A stretch of DNA of 64,000 bases, from the NCBI GenBank assembly GCA_032718475.1, contig JAUCBJ010000121.1, positions 23,094 to 87,093 on the forward strand. The letters are read 5' to 3'. The first letter of the stretch is position 1. The number at the start of each line of letters is the position of its first letter. Shown here piece by piece: positions 19,901 through 31,089 of the stretch. A program made the translations under genes and the position numbers. The notes beneath the pieces were generated by a model. The model ran no database searches. It saw nothing but the letters and a program-made list of their open reading frames with translations, and was not told the origin of the DNA. Origin of the DNA: Nemertoderma westbladi (Eukaryota; Animalia; Xenacoelomorpha).

Positions 19901-20038
19901 TTGATAAATAGCAATATAAATGATAGTGATAATAAATACAAAGAAATGGCTTCAGATACTGTAATTGTAGATCTACCCCTTCGGCGAAGCATCAGAGCAA
20001 AACAGTTACCAAACCGATATGGACAATTGATTAAGTAA
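16895..20038 (+). CDS. Gypsy pol (protease, RT, RNase H, integrase)
   Basis: LPDTGAD at ~16949 in frame with ORF 17015-20038. RT LDAVKGYWQ and VVDDML, RNase H TDAS / ERELLA / TDHKPL / ADALSR, IN HVPHQG..CHNC, SDGG, SNGHAE. Confidence 0.95.
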   Translation, partial: FRINVCGTQNNAIFVCDSLPDTGADAPIVPYGLIKDNDLIMEIKKSHKPKVFAANGTVIQSIGIITLKLHYYGHKAIINAVVTETASTFLLPWFTLKQLKIIPECFPLPYIFPKDSRDLYVQEVSSANNVRSTLLDEYSDVFDTEQFQAMDITPMKIHLKQNAIPSKIYTARKIPVHLEADTKAELENMTKLGVIKKLESDAEPPEWISPMVVIQKPRGGIRICVDYTALNQYIERPVHPFKCPADIVANLNNGCHFFSTLDAVKGYWQVPLEFNSQKYTTFLTPWGCYVFLRAPMGLSSTGDVYCIWGDTAISGIPSVEKVVDDMLVHTVTFEEHVTVVRSILDRCRQYKITLSKDKFIFAQPEVEFIGMRIGRNGIHGDPLKMEAIREFPIPKDISMLKSFFGIITQLQMFTPNLAQISAPLRGLLSPKNAFVWTHDHTQAFNATKNLLTCLPALQPFDKTLPISLHTDASKDGIGYVLMQKHDSNWCIVTCGSRFVTPTESNWAVIERELLAVQWAVTKCRVYLQGCPNFSVNTDHKPLITILNSKTLDKIGNLRLQRIKEKLIGYNFTAIWIPGKNNGFADALSRAPVSQPDKEDIDQVNEIITQVNEVITVNSNDIDPSHTLFTKAVSEDTEYKLLISHIISGCYKIPQELIMFKNIIKDLSICNELILYGDRIVVPKKARNEVLRRLHVPHQGIRRSKERARRLYYWPGMNSDITNTVENCHNCQKYRPSQAPEPMTLDVNPTRPFENVSTDLCSYGNNIYLIYVDRFSGWPIVILFNKPPTTSQITSKLIDLFCDTGVPVKMRSDGGSQYASAEFNTFCNNWHIDHTLSSAYYPQSNGHAEAGIKSMKSLIKKYTSTNGQLNHEGFKEAILEWRNTPRDGDTPAPSVLLYGRLMRTRLPASKEALDFQWNKVFDEIDRKVVDKKRWVTKSRYDLHTHPLKPLSIGTSVFVQDVRTKLWDRVGRITDIRDNGHSYYVAFPSGRILLRNRRFLRPEPLINSNINDSDNKYKEMASDTVIVDLPLRRSIRAKQLPNRYGQLIK

Positions 20039-20356
20039 ATAATGTTCCTTGGTATTATTTTTAAGATTATTACAATAAATGACTAAGAATGAAGATTGAA
20101 TTAATTTTGAGTAATTTGTATTGTATTGTAATAGATTATGTTTAAGCTATTTTGAATATGAAAGATGGTATATAATTTAGAATCAAAAACTGAAAAGGGA
20201 TGTATATTATTTTAGAGTATATCTATATATATCGAGTCAAGATTATTGATTGTGTATTGATTATATATTTAGGACCATATTTTTGTTAGAGGATTTAGTA
20301 TGATTTTTTTTTTTGTTTATTTCTGATCTTTTGAGTTCAAAGATCATGGGGGGAGG

Positions 20357-20553
20357 TGTACAGTGTTGATCTAAGTTACCCTTAAGTGATATTATATACT
20401 TATATATATGTAGGCCTACAGGCCTATGGAAAGTCAAGTATTCAATATATATAACATAAGTACTTCTGTACTTTGTCATCTGGCAATCCCATATTTTCAT
20501 ACACAGCAGTCTGGCAGTATATCTACTGCCTACTGGTACTTCAGTACTTTACA
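20357..20553 (+). repeat. Gypsy 3' LTR
   Basis: Preceded by the PPT and followed by TSD GTAAT. Confidence 0.97.
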
Positions 20554-20654
20554 GTAATACTTATACTACTACTAATAGTAGTAACCAAAAAGGGCTCAGT
20601 GATGGCAATTTTTCTAGCTACACGAATTGTTATCAAAATAATATTAATCAACAT

Positions 20655-21356
20655 TTTATTGTACTAAATATCCAAGGGCTACATTTTCAAGGCCAGCCAT
20701 CTAAAGTACCACATATTCAGGACTTGGCTAGTTCTTCTCCCCAATTTATTGCCCTAACCGAAACCCATTTAAATAGAAAGTTTTTGGATGCTGAATTAAA
20801 AGTACCAGGCTATACCTTAGTTAGGGCTGACAGGGATTCTAGAGCCAAAGGAGGTGCCGGTATATATATAAATGATAATATTGTTTTCACAATAATCGAA
20901 AAATACTCAAATACTGTTTGTGAATTCTTGGCTGTTCATTTTCAGTGTAGTGATACCTTAGTATTTGTAGTATATCGGCCTTCCTGTGAATTAAAATTAT
21001 TTAAGGAGTGTTTAAATAGGGTTGAAAATATTATTGAATGCGAAAATTTCAATAATAGTAGACTCCTAATCTCTGGGGACTTTAATTTTCCCAACATTTC
21101 TGGGGACAGGGACACTTTTTCATCTCACTCTCCAATAGCCTCTATAAATTATCAGGGCAATGCATTGCTTGGATTAATGTCACGCTGGTTTATGACCCAG
21201 GTCGTTGACAAACCAACCCGCTTGAACAGTACCATCGATCTACTTATTACCAACGATTTAGACTACATAGACAAAGTAAATGTGTATGGTACCAATTATT
21301 CAGACCACAATGTTGTACAAATTTTCACGAGTAAAATAGAAGCAAACACACAACAA
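20655..21356 (+). pseudogene. LINE ORF2 apurinic endonuclease domain
   Basis: VLNIQGL, ALTETHL, GGAGIY, VYRP, SGDFNFP, PTR..STIDL, SDHN. Confidence 0.92.
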
Positions 21357-21770
21357 GTTATGCAGTGAAATCTGCAGTTAAATCTCATCTCCGTGTGCAA
21401 TGTAAAAATAGGTACAATAGTCCTACAGTAAGTTATTAGTTTATTAATTATTTACTATTTATACTGTAATTACGTTTTATAATAAATTGTTCTGTACATT
21501 ACATCTTTATCGTTGAGTCGGGCATTGTCACGCTCTCGGTAAAGTTGTACATGTACATAGTGTAATTACGTTTTATATTGGTTTTAGGTTAGCGTAGTGT
21601 AATATTGTACTGTATTTGTAACCAAGTGACATAAAGGACCCCCTTGGAAATAAGCTGCAAAGCTTTAGGGGTAATCCTATATATGTTATGTTTGACAATA
21701 CCTTTATACCGGTACATTGTTTGGTGTATTTGTTATTGTTTTTACATAATGTATAAATAAATCTATATCT
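21357..21770 (+). mobile_element. 5'-truncated 3' tail of the LINE family at 47434-57342, inserted in ORF2
   Basis: 21368-21764 is nearly identical to ~56945-57334. TSD AACAA (21352-21356 and 21771-21775). Removing the insert restores the frame ...ANTQQNIERNNVPVQGF. Confidence 0.9.
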
Positions 21771-21775
21771 AACAA

Positions 21776-24038
21776 AATATAGAACGCAATAACGTACCGG
21801 TGCAAGGTTTTAAGAACCTGAACTTTATTTCTGAAAAAACTGATTGGGTATCCATGAAATCAGAAATTAAAGAAACAGATTGGTCAGAATTATTTCGAGA
21901 TAAAACGTTGGACCAAAAAGTTGAAATTTTGTTACAAAATTTAGAATCTATTTACGAAAGTAACGTCCCACCGAGAAAACCAAATTCAAAAGCAAAAATT
22001 CCCTTAGAGAGACGGTCATTATTTAAAAAACGAACAAAGTTGTTGAAAAGAATAATAAATTCAACGTCAAAAGTGAAAATAGCCAAATTAAATTCCGATT
22101 TGACTAAACTCGATTCAGAGTTATATCTATCTCGCCAGGCATGAATCAAAAAGGAACGAAATTAATGCCGTGAATAAGATCAAAGTAAATCCGAAATTAT
22201 TTTTTACCTTTGCTAACACGAAACGTAAGGATAAAGTAAATGTTGGTCCTTTTGTTATTAACGGCAAAATAGTTTCTAATCCCGTTGATGTTTGTGAAAC
22301 TTTACACGAACAATACCAATCAGTTTTTTCCAATCCAATTGCAGCTCTTAGGGTCTACTCACCCTCAGAGTTCTTTAAAGTCGATCAAGATACCAAACTA
22401 ACTGATGTCCCGATTACATTAGAACTTATTATCATGGCTATTGATAAGCAATGTGCAGCCTCATCGGCAGGTCCTGATGGTATTCCAGCTCTTCTACTCA
22501 AATCATGTAAGAATGAGTTGGCCCATCCCCTCTCTATAATCTATCAGGAATCATTATCATCTGGTATATTTCCATCTACTTTTAAATTTGGACATATTAC
22601 CCCAATATTTAAGAAAGGATCCCGACTGGAGCCAATTAATTATCGACCAGTAAGTCTTACATCCATCCTCTCAAAGACCCTTGAACGTTTAGTAAGGTGG
22701 AGACTAGTAGAATATCTGGAGATAAATAACCTCCTTAATGTGACTCAGCATGGCTTCCGGGCTGGGCGTTCTTGTCTTTCCCAACTACTAGACCATTACA
22801 CATACATTCTAGACTTGCTGGCAACGGCTGAAGGAGCCGATGTGATCTACCTTGACTTTGCCAAGGCATTTGACAAGGTAGACCACGGCGTCTTACTTCA
22901 CAAAATTAAAAAACTTGGTATCAGCGGTAGTTTGGGAGTGTGGCTCGCAAACTTCCTAACAAATCGGTCCCAGAAAGTTGTAATAAACGGTGCCAGTTCC
23001 CATCCCCAACCCATCCTTAGCGGGGTTCCACAAGGAACGGTACTTGGACCCCTACTGTTCCTTATTATGGTTGGGGACATTAACACTAACACAAACAATA
23101 AATTATCATCATTTGCTGACGACACAAGAGTAACTGCTCCATCTCTTAACAATGATGACAATAATCTACAAAGAGATTTGAATACAATATATGATTGGGC
23201 TGTAAATAACAATATGCATCTGCATGGTGACAAATTTGAGCATCTGCACTACAGCAACAAACCCAAATCTCATCCACACAATAGCTACACTTATATAAAT
23301 TCTACTGGCGACCATTTGATAATAACTTCAGATCATGCAACTAAAGATCTAGGTGTGACCATGAGTGATAATGGGCGTTTTTCATTACATATCACAAACA
23401 TTTGTAAAACCGGATCTCAGTTATGTGGCTGGATACTAAGGACATTTACAACCCGTAATGTAATCCCCATGGTTACGCTTTTTAATTCTCTCGTCCGTCC
23501 AAGACTCGAATATTGCTGCCAGTTGTGGAACCCAGCTACTGTAGCTGATATCCAAAAAATTGAAAATGTACAACGGGCCTACACCCGCCGCATATTTGGA
23601 ATGAAGGATATAAATTATTGGGAACGCTTGAAAATGTTACGGTTATATTCGCTCGAGCGGAGGAGAGAAAGGTATATAATGATATATACATGGAAAATTA
23701 TCGAAAATAGAGTTCCAAATATTTCAGATTTAACCTATAAAATTAAATCTACAAAAAACATCCGCAGAGGTCGACTTTGTACCATACCGTCCCTTGCAAG
23801 TAAGGCTACATGTCGCGTCTCCTCTCTTACAGACAACAGTTTTTGTGTTATTGGACCTAAATTATTTAACACCATCCCAAAACATATAAGAGACTTGACA
23901 GGCTGCGCACTGGAGACTTTTAAAAAGCATCTTGATGCATATCTTTTCACCGTCCCAGATTGTCCCGGCTCGCCTGGATACACTGACTCGAGACCTATCC
24001 AGTCAAACTCCCTAACTAAGGTACAAGTATTAAAATAA
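21776..24038 (+). pseudogene. LINE ORF2 linker plus reverse transcriptase (disrupted at ~22144)
   Basis: GPDGI, NYRPVSLTS, QHGFR, DFAKAFD, GVPQG, FADD, EYCCQLW, YWERL..LYSLERRRERY. Confidence 0.95.
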
Positions 24039-24257
24039 ATTAAATGGACTACATTTCTTTCATTGCATTGTCCATTTAAACAGAAGAATTAGCCAGTTTT
24101 TGCACAATTTGTATACAATGTATATTTTTACTATAATGTTTTATTTTTTTCTCATTATTAGTTATGTGCATTTTGTGCCTTATTTGCGAAATTTTTACAA
24201 CTGTAGGCCCGTACTTAATTATTTGATATACTGCAGTTTTTAGGTTTATGTTCTTAA

Positions 24258-24880
24258 TTTGGTGTGCTCTACGAGTTCTACCGTGTGAATTTTAAATCAC
24301 TAAATATATATACAAGAATCATATTCATACTGTAATTACTGCTGCGGACCACAAGACTTGCAGGTGATTGATTCAACTCTTGTTTTCTTGGAGTGGTTCT
24401 TGCAAGAGTATTTAGAGTAACTGGAGCAAACTAGTGCAGTTTTCAGTCCGCACTTTTGTTGCTCACATCGACGCCGGCGTCCACATTCAACTGCGGAAGG
24501 ATTCCCCTGTACAATGTTTATAATTGCAGCTTTTACCTTTCTTACTGAGATTGAATCATTAATCAGTTCACGAGATACATTCAATAGGAACATATGTCGA
24601 GTTTTAGCTTTCCCACGAATTGAAGGGAACTTCAAGTTATATATAACGTATGCTGCCAAGGCAGCAACGTCTATAATGGTGTAGAGTAACTTCGTAGGCC
24701 AGCGCCTAGTGGCGCGGTGGACAGAACTCAATGACACCATCTTATCCATGGTGTCGACCCCACACTTTGATGCGATATAATCGAGTACTATGGCTGGTCT
24801 CTTAATACCGGTGGTTTCAACCTCGTTGTCGTGGTGCATACTCGATATAAGTGTGAAAGTTTTGCCCTTTTTAGGAACAT
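24258..24880 (-). mobile_element. 3' part of a piggyBac (PGBD4-like) transposase remnant with its terminus next to TTAA
   Basis: ORF 24336-24839: MHH...PAIVLDY..SKCGVDTMDKM...RRWP...IDVAALAAY and a C-terminal Cys-rich domain. The frame continues across the RTE insertion (TTIVSHVPK|GKTFTLISSMHH) into ~26714-26850. TTAA at 24254-24257. Confidence 0.88.
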
Positions 24881-26138
24881 ACTACTACTACTAGGATCGG
24901 CATGCTGCATTGCAGCTGCATTTTTAAGAATGCTGTGCCGGCTTGTCAACAAAATTGCACCGCCACAACTCCCTATCACCCATGACATTTGCTAGATCAT
25001 CCGCATCTTCAAGGCCAGTGTCCTTTAGGATGCGTCACAAGAAAGTCATGGGCTGTCCACCATGTTTATTCACGCCATGAGGCTGCCAAAGTACAAGATT
25101 ATGCACTGGCTGGTCCTCACGGCGAAAGCAATGTCCTGCAAAGCGGAGGCGATTTTGTTCTAGTGTCAAGCTTGGGGGAACCAATGAGACACCTCCAATG
25201 TTATATAGTGTCTGGTTGGAGATGTGTGCATTGTACTTGACACAATGAACCCGGCGTAGCATTCTTGTGAATGTGCCATCCAGAGATTTGGTGTCCTCAG
25301 CAGTTAGAGCCCAGCATGGACTCCTGTAGAGGAGTACTGGAACTACTGCTGCTCTAAATAATCGGACCTTAAGTTTCCGATTAATTCTCGGTGACTTCTA
25401 AATCCTGGAAAGCCTATTCAAGGCTGCCCATGCCTTTCCCTTACGTATTCGAAGGTCCTCACCTGACTTCCGGATCCATGATCCCAGGTAACAGAAGTCG
25501 TCCACATGCTCAAGCATACCATCCTTTGAGCTTATGCTCATCCGATCAGAGACTTGCTGAGGACTTTCAAAGTTAACTGTCAGAATTTTGGTCTTTCTGG
25601 AGTTAATAAAAAGACCAACACTAGAAGCAGCATGTTCTAATGAGCTGAGGAGCCGTTGGGCTCCCTCTAATGATTCTGAGAGTACTCCTAAGTCATCAGC
25701 AAAGTCTAGATCAGTTAGGTACTTGGCAGGATTTCCTCGACTTCTGGAGCCAGTAGGTGGAGTTATCATCACCCCATCATCATTATAATGATCTAAGGAC
25801 ATGCGTAGAACATAGTCAACCACAATAATGAACAAAAATGGTGCAAGTGTGTCTCCTTGGAGGACGCCCCATAACACTTCAAATGGTTCTGTGTCACCAT
25901 CAACAGTAGACACAAATGTTGTCGAACCATCGTATACTGATCTGATTGCTGCAATAATTTCATCAGGAATCCCATATAATGAAAGTATGCTGAACATACG
26001 TGAGCGAGAGACTGAATCAAAGGCCTTGAAGAAGTCAACAAAGATAACAGCCAGATGCCTGTCTTTCTTTTTTGATAACTCTTCAATTATCCTTCTAAGT
26101 GCCAAAATGGGCTCCATGGTCCCACGACCTTTACGGAA
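24881..26138 (-). mobile_element. 5'-truncated RTE-clade LINE (RT C-terminal half, (TAG)n tail)
   Basis: FRKGRGTMEPI, FVDFFKAFDS, GVLQGDTLAPFLF, DLDFADD, FCYLGS; tail actactactactag at 24881. Confidence 0.93.
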
Positions 26139-26163
26139 CAGGGGACCATGTTCCTTTTAGGAA

Positions 26164-26713
26164 TGGGCCTTGAATAGGCTTTCCAGGATTTGGAAGTCAC
26201 CTAGAATTAATCGGAATCTTAAGGTCCGATTATTTAGAGCAGCAGTAGTTCCAGTACTCCTCTACGGGAGTCCATGCTGGGCTCTAACTGCTGAGGACAC
26301 CAAATCTCTGGATGGCACATTCACAAGAATGCTACGCCGGGTACATTGTGTCAAGTACAATGCACACATCTCCAACCAGACACTATATAACATTGGAGGT
26401 GTCTCATTGGTTCCCCCAAGCTTGACACTAGAACAAAATCGCCTCCGCTTTGCAGGACATTGCTTTCGCCGTGAGGACCAGCCAGTGCATAATCTTGTAC
26501 TTTGGCAGCCTCATGGAGTGAATAAGCATGGTGGACAGCCCATGACTTTCTTGAGACGCATCTTAAAGGACACTGGCCTTAAAGATGCGGATGATCTAGC
26601 AAATGTCATGGGTGATAGGGAGTTGTGGCGGTGCAATTTTGTTGACAAGCCGGCACAGCATTCTTAAAAATGCAGCTGCAATGCAGCATGCCGATCCTAG
26701 TAGTAGTAGTAGT
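26164..26713 (+). mobile_element. 5'-truncated RTE copy of the same family, opposite orientation
   Basis: LLYGSPCW, RLRFAGHCFR, tagtagtagtagt tail. Flanked by (t)ccttttaggaa at 26152-26163 and 26713-26724. Confidence 0.93.
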
Positions 26714-27904
26714 CCTTTTAGGAACATGGGAAACTATGGTTGTCTTGTTTATATGTCCAAATAAACTTGACTCAACCACAAGCCCTTTAGCAGTAACGAA
26801 CTCAGATGGGTGCTCAGTAATATATTGAGTATTAATCAGGAAAAATATCAGCTGAATTATTAATACTTACCCATCTATTTATTTCTCGCGATTTTCATAC
26901 TGTTACTTAAACTATTCTTCATACCCCCCCCCCCCCCCCCCCCCATCCTCTTGTGTAATATATAGTATGCCGAACTCTCACCTTAGAATAAGGGTTAAAT
27001 CGGTGGCATGGTATTCACATCTCTTTGGAAGTAGTGGGTACGATTCCGCATGGTACGTCGCTCTTCTTCTTCTTCTCCTCCTCCTTGTCTCGTCTCGTCT
27101 CGTATCTTCTCTTGGATTTGTCATCCGCTCTCTTTCTCATCTTATTTACTATTCTCCTCTTCTCTTCTATTATTATTCTCTTCATTTATTTATTCTCTAT
27201 CTCTATTATTCCTTCCTCTACGATGACTAAAATTTTAAAGATGTAAACTCTAGTTGAATTATTGGTGAAAAAATTTTAGGTTTACTATAATTTGTAAAAA
27301 TCTGGGCTTTATTTAGCCCAGGGAACAAATTATTATTTCCCCAATCCCCTCACAGAAGAATTGGGAATTGAAAATTGTAGTTTGATGACAAATTATACAA
27401 CACAAGAGTTGCTATCAGGTACTTACCGAGTTATAATTATGTGTGTCGACAGAGTAAGAGTAAGGTTGCTGGACTTGTCAAAGTTGAAAGAAGATTCAAA
27501 TTCTAAAATTAAATATAAAAATAATGTTAGATTTAGATTCGGGAACAAAGTAATTTGGGGAAACTACGGTTTATTTTACTATGCAGTACTTCCAACACTG
27601 AATATACAGTAAAGATTAATTATTGATTATGTACATTACATTACCGATTATGATTCGGGGGCACCCCGTTTATTTACTTACACCCTTCCTTACTTACCGA
27701 TGTGACATGTATTGGCTCAACTGCATGTGGAATATATTATTAATAAATAAATATAATATATTTTCATGTTTCTTCTATCAGAATCTATCAGATCTAAATT
27801 TGTAACATGTCATAAATGGCATATACTACAAAATGATTGATGAAAATAATGAAAATGACAAATAAATATACTAGTACTAATATACTAACTATTGTATTTT
27901 TTAG

Positions 27905-28735
27905 GATAAATGTTATGAGAATCCGTGCGAGTTCAAATTCGAAAACCACTTATGGAGGATCCTTGCAGTTACAGTGCCGTTAAAAACTGCGTTGAACAAA
28001 CATTAAACTCGGCCCTACAAACTGAAGTTAGGAAATGGACCGAGGTCATATTTGATGGCAATCCCATGTGACTGTCTTTAAGAACACTGGAAGGACAGCC
28101 CGGGTGGTGTGATAAACTATTATTGCGACCCGGATGGGGTCATTACGAACACAATATGTTAAAAACATATAATTCGATTCGGCTATGAGGATAAATATTT
28201 TGCTTTAACCAATAGCTATGTCACTGATAAAGCTTTAGACTATTTTATTTCAGCTAGTGACCATCACAAAGACTTTGAAACAATGGAAGTTGTACTGTAT
28301 GGGACTGCTCGGGAACTTTTAGGTGAATTTGTGAATCACCAAATGAAATCCCACAACTCTGCTAATCGTAATGACTTTAACTCATCAAATCTCACTGAAT
28401 TTTTGTCTCAAGCATGTCAGAGTTATCGGTTCATATTCTTTTTTATTTTTGAAACCTGCTTCAGTATAAAATTATTTCGAATTGGGGTAAGAAAGAATAT
28501 GGCAGTCATGGTGAAATTTTCATCAATTTTTTTTACTATGAGACATCCAACCTATCAGATTATCTCATCATCATATTATCTCACCGAACATCTTCGCTTG
28601 ACAGACAATATTCTGGAACACATCAGACAAACCGAGGCAATGTCACGCACATTGTCTCCTGGGAGGAACCAGGGGGGAGATTACATAATGGAGGAATTTC
28701 ATCACTTAATTAAAGCCATTGAAGGTACGACATGA
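27905..28735 (+). pseudogene. Degenerate ORF, probably a DNA-transposon-derived protein (PGWGHYEHNML motif, DUF6589-like style)
   Basis: Broken frames with LLRPGWGHYEHNMLK, DHHK, HPTYQ and QGGDYIMEEF. The family assignment is only a resemblance. Confidence 0.35.
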
Positions 28736-30608
28736 CCAACTGACATAAATTCGTTGAATATAGTATATGGGTCGGTTGCGAAACAAGTTTATGTGACCTC
28801 TGATATATTGTTAATTTGACCTATTTATATTCTGCTTACCAATTATTGGGCTGATATATTTTTCCTGTTATGAGGTCCTTAATTATTAGAACAAATTATT
28901 TTACATTTTATATTATATTATATTACTTTGACAATGACAATGAACCAATACACAATACAATACACAAACCACTACTGGCGAGGAGCAGAGCCTAGTGTCT
29001 ATTCTAGGTACGTGGGCGGGTCTAATGCCTACGAACTAGACAAAAGGATACCTGTCCTCTAACCGGTATAGCAGATGTACAGTTACAGTAACAGACCAAA
29101 CTCACGGGAAAACAATCCCCGCGCAGCGAATCCTAACTATCGCTGACAGTCCTAAATACCGTAACTTGCCGCGGTGTGATTTATATGGTTTATATACGAG
29201 CTAGGTGGGTTACAGCCCTAGCGTAACAATGCTGATCCCCCTGTCTGAATCAGCCTAAAAGAGGTCGTACCTAAATGTAACAATAACTGATCGCCCTGCA
29301 CGGAATCAGTCTAAAAGGTCAGGCCTAAATGTAACAATAACTGCTGCGCAGAAAACAACAGTTTAATAACGAAAATGAAATACTCCTTTTGCCGTAACTA
29401 AATATCAGATCCTAATTTACGAATACAGATAAATTCTGCCTAAAGTAATATAAAGTGCTCTATAACTAGTAGAAACTCTAAGGGTAAATATGTTTTAGGG
29501 CGTGTGTGTGTGGGTGTGTTACAAATAAAACAATTTTGGTGTATATCTTTCACTAGGTTTTAGTGATTTTCTGACCGAAATGATACCGTGCGCTTGCTAC
29601 TAAAATAAGCTAATCGCGTTTTGTAGAACTTTATACTCACAAATGACGTCAAAGCTCTCTCCTTCTTATCCACAACTCAAATGGGCAACCATGGTGTTAG
29701 AAACTACACCCGTGATCGGCACAAATACCAGATTCTGGTTGTAAGATAAGAAATAGGGGTTAATCGCTACCGTACGTTAGCTGATCTGGTATACAAATTT
29801 GATTCTAGAACTTTGTTGCCGCGGTAGTTAGCAGCAAATACCTATCAGTATGTGGCAAGGCGCGGTAGGATATTAATAAACCTCCCTAGGCCAAGCAGTG
29901 TGCCAGTAGCAGAAATGCTCCTTGCCTGATCAAATAACCAACTTCAGGCAGGGGGGGGGTGTATTAATGTATGCTCTACAGAGCGAACCGGTACCAAACA
30001 GTCAGTACTACAAATCACTAAATTATGGAACGTATGCTGTCCGTACCTAATATGTACTTGCGTACTGACGAACGGCAATAGCTCGCTATACCTGTGAGGT
30101 ATACAGGTAACCCAGGGGTTTGCAGGACTGACAAAGGGGGTTCTGCCTAAAATATAGTTATTTGATCCTAAAATTTGCGGCGTCCAGGACGGCGTCACGC
30201 TTACCCTGATCTATAGGTCTTACGGCGGGCAAGGGCGTCGAACGAAGTCTTACCTTCCTCATAAAGCGGGCGCTGCATGGCGTGTGGAGTATTTCGAAGG
30301 GCGAAGGGGGTGCGCGGTCTAATCTAAAGTGGGCGCTAGCGTGTTGTGGACATCTTTCCCCTGCGTTGCTGACGGCCTAACTGTCTAGGCTGCCATCTTC
30401 CCGATGTTTGGCTGTCCCAAGGTTGGACCAAAAGAAAACATGTTCAGGAGTTTGCAGTATATTTACAGTTTAGCAAAAGATTATCAAACAGATTTAACAA
30501 AGTTTCAACAAGAAACCAAATAACTAATAACAATTTACTAAAGGTACTAGTGAAGGTATATAGGTGATAACCGAAGGCAAACCGGCCCTTTTATACTAAA
30601 TATCGCAC

Positions 30609-30812
30609 ATGGAAACCAAAGAGAATTTTCCACAGCTTCACATTTGAGCAATAAAGTGCTTTATGCCCTATGATTGGCCCAGCTCATCGTTCAACGCAAT
30701 CCGGCCCTTACACTAATCTGGGACATGGAATCCTAACAGAATTTTCCATAGCCTCACATTTGAGCAATAAGATATTTATGCCCCATGATTGGCCTGGCTC
30801 ATCGTTCGCTAC
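30609..30812. repeat. Imperfect ~115-bp direct duplication
   Basis: catggaa...gaattttcca.agc.tcacatttgagcaataa...atgattggcc..gctcatcgttc occurs twice. Confidence 0.75.
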
Positions 30813-30879
30813 GTTGTACGCTTCTCATTGGTCCACCAATTTGCACCAAATGAAAATAAATGGCCCCAAAATACAAATT

Positions 30880-30952
30880 TCCCGACCGGGATTCAAACTC
30901 GTAACATCTGTAATGTAACCAACGCCTTAACCATCTGACCACTACGCCACGA
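30880..30952 (-). mobile_element. tRNA-derived (SINE head or pseudo-tRNA) sequence
   Basis: Minus strand shows A-box-like TGGTCAGATGGTTAAGGCG and B-box-like GAGTTTGAATCCC. No clean cloverleaf. Confidence 0.45.
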
Positions 30953-31089
30953 GTGTACCTAGGGGCTTTATGTGTACAAATATGAATAGGCATATTACAT
31001 TACTGTAACTTAATCAAAATGCGTCGGATTTTCGAAAGTTTTTACGTTAAAGTTAAACTACAAATGCTATCTTATAGTGAAATAATTCA

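Larger units (their letters stand above)
14873..20553 (+). mobile_element. Full-length Gypsy (Mag-like) LTR retrotransposon inserted in the LINE
   Basis: Two 197-bp TG...CA LTRs, 5-bp TSD GTAAT (14868-14872 and 20554-20558), PBS TGGCGCTGCGA at 15070, PPT GGGGGGAGG at 20348-20356. Confidence 0.97.
12600..24045 (+). mobile_element. Near full-length CR1-group LINE (ORF1 PHD+CCCH, ORF2 APE-RT) carrying two nested insertions
   Basis: ORF1 12890-14588, APE ~20655-21356, RT to 24038, A-rich end. The 5' boundary is approximate. Confidence 0.85.

Noticed and set aside
26967-27246. Hydrophobic ORFs suggesting a membrane protein
   Set aside because: Derived from CT/TTC low-complexity sequence; no supporting gene structure.
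28866-29523. Possible solo LTR (TGTTA...TTACA with internal ~50-bp repeats)
   Set aside because: No target-site duplication at these ends and no second copy in the window, so boundaries are unsupported.
30880-30952. Functional tRNA gene
   Set aside because: A/B boxes are present but the acceptor and anticodon stems do not pair convincingly; kept only as SINE-like.
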